Source: Callorhinchus milii (Eukaryota). From it: a stretch of 64,000 nt of DNA. The stretch covers positions 88,910,001 to 88,974,000 of the forward strand of contig NW_024704742.1 of the NCBI RefSeq assembly GCF_018977255.1. The letters are read 5' to 3'. A program made the position numbers and the translations under genes. The notes under the pieces were generated by a model that worked only from the letters and a program-made list of their open reading frames with translations, was not told the DNA's origin and searched no databases. Positions 62,208-64,000 of the stretch are shown piece by piece (positions within the stretch are counted from its first letter, which is position 1; each line of letters opens with the position of its first letter).

Positions 62208-64000
62208 TTCTACTTTCCTTCTTTCTTTTGTTCATTTATTCATTCTTTGAACCTATGTAAAGCTTGAATAAGCAGACCACTTGAGTTCTGAGTGTGAAAG
62301 GCTAGAATAATTGAAGCACACTTTGAGCTCCTAAATCTTGAACAGACATCCACACCCACACACAAACACACACATATACAGCTTCAAAGTTGACAAACAT
62401 TTTGCATTCTGAAGAATTATTAGGCATCCGAAAAAGACCCAAGAATATAAGTCGTCTCCGCACCACTCATAAATTGCAGGAGAGATACCAATAAACCTTT
62501 CCCAATCTATCTCAAAGGTTTGATAGTGGCAAAAATACATATTGACCCATGGAATGACTTGTCTCCCATTTTAATTGAGGGGTTAAGAGGTTAGGCTTTG
62601 CTATCAGAGTAAGATATGGGTGGGGGAAGCAAGCAATTTTAGTTTTTGTATCCAGTCAGAGCTAGGAGCACAAAAGGAAATGATAATAATTTCAGAAATG
62701 TAGAGAGTATTTTTTTCTCTTTTGTTGACACTGTAAATTTTAGTCGCTTTTTGGCTGTGCCTGCTGCACCTTGACCTTCACACTTACCTGAAGAAAGCAC
62801 ACATTGGCCCTGCCAGTATATAGATTTGTGCCATTAAAACTCCTGCAACAATAGTGGCAGTAAATAGATGAGCAGCAGATAAGATAACAGGGTCATTTTT
62901 TTTCCCTTCGAAGAGTCGTGGCTCTTGTTTGATTTATTCTCTGTGCAGGGATTTTTTTGGTTCATTCAAGGCAAATACTATCTCAATCTTTTTTACAGAA
63001 TATAATCCTTAAAATAAATTTCATGCCTTTTGTATCTGGATTCCGATAATTTGGTGGTCTAAATTCAGCCGGAGATAGAATACATTGCAACTGGTTGCCA
63101 AGTCTTCCTATATCATTTTATTTTAAGGCTCCAAAGCCACTCTGAAACCTTCTGCAATGATACAGGGTTTGAAGGCTGGATGTCCTGCATACTCATCAAG
63201 AATGTTCAATCAATGGACTGAGAGATGTGGTGAAAGCAATAATTTGCAGGCTGATGGGCAAGTCAAATGTATCAATAGACAGTGGTAGTCCTTTCGGTAT
63301 GAGAAAAGTCAAACTTTTCATTCAGAAAGCTTTAGAGTTTGTGTGAAACCACAGATTAGTGCATTAGCACACAGCGCATTCTGTGCAGTTGGGAATGTGA
63401 TCTCATTGTATATTGGGGGAGGGAAATTACAATATTGAGCCTGCAAGTCCCTTAAGTTTGTAAATCTGTTTCAACTGTGGTATAAAAACTGTGCAAATGT
63501 GTGATTGACGGTTAGCTCCTGTTACCAAGGAAGATTCAGAATGTAAGAAAAACAGCGAGAGGAGGGAGAGAAAAGAAAAGAGATTTACTGAGAAATGGTG
63601 AAGCAAATCAAAATCAAGGCAAGGAGATAAGCAGAGATTGAGAGAAATTGCATGGCACAATAAGAAAGTGGCTTTATTACATCTGTAAATCAGTTTAGGG
63701 ATGTGTGCTTTCATTACAGGAAATACACTGTCTTAGAAAAAGGGATCATAAGAGACAAGGGATGAACAGCAAAGACTTAGAAAAACACTGAAGCAGAGAA
63801 ACAAATAATGAAGGAGAGAAAGATACTCAACAAGCAACCGAGGAACTCATTTAATTTTTCAGCTCATCTGCTGTATAATGTTATTCTGTAATTCCGCTAA
63901 GCAATGAGCAGAATGGATGCCCCCCAAAAAACCAAAGTATATTTTTCATGCAAGGTTAAGTTATGCATTATTTCATAAAAAAATCTAACAGTGACTGTTG

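Overview
Eukaryotic, vertebrate-type, repeat-rich non-coding DNA. The repeat set (a DeuSINE resembling dogfish SacSINE1, shark HER1/CR1-type 3' ends, abundant L2) suggests a cartilaginous fish, possibly a chimaera (inference). I could not identify any intact host gene, true tRNA/rRNA gene or CRISPR array. Nearly all listed ORFs are chance frames or fragments of retroelements. Contents: (i) about 15 copies of a tRNA-Ala-headed SINE in at least 4 subfamilies, apparently formed by placing a new head on the 3' half of an older DeuSINE that is also present in more than 10 decayed copies; (ii) about 15 L2 LINE fragments with two tail types, including a decayed near-complete APE+RT ORF2 (29.6-32.7 kb) and a younger RT region (58.9-60.7 kb); (iii) CR1 3' fragments; (iv) old DNA-transposon relics seen only by translating across frameshifts: an internally deleted Helitron (20.7-21.7 kb), a probable intron-containing KDZ/HMGXB3-like transposase followed by a Ulp1-like protease (46.2-48.5 kb), a CACTA/EnSpm-like transposase (33-34 kb) and weak hAT traces; (v) two small MITEs, a 22-bp minisatellite and repeat-free blocks that may be conserved enhancers. 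The window looks like a large intron or gene desert. Family assignments come from remembered motifs and were not database-checked. Ends of decayed elements are approximate.
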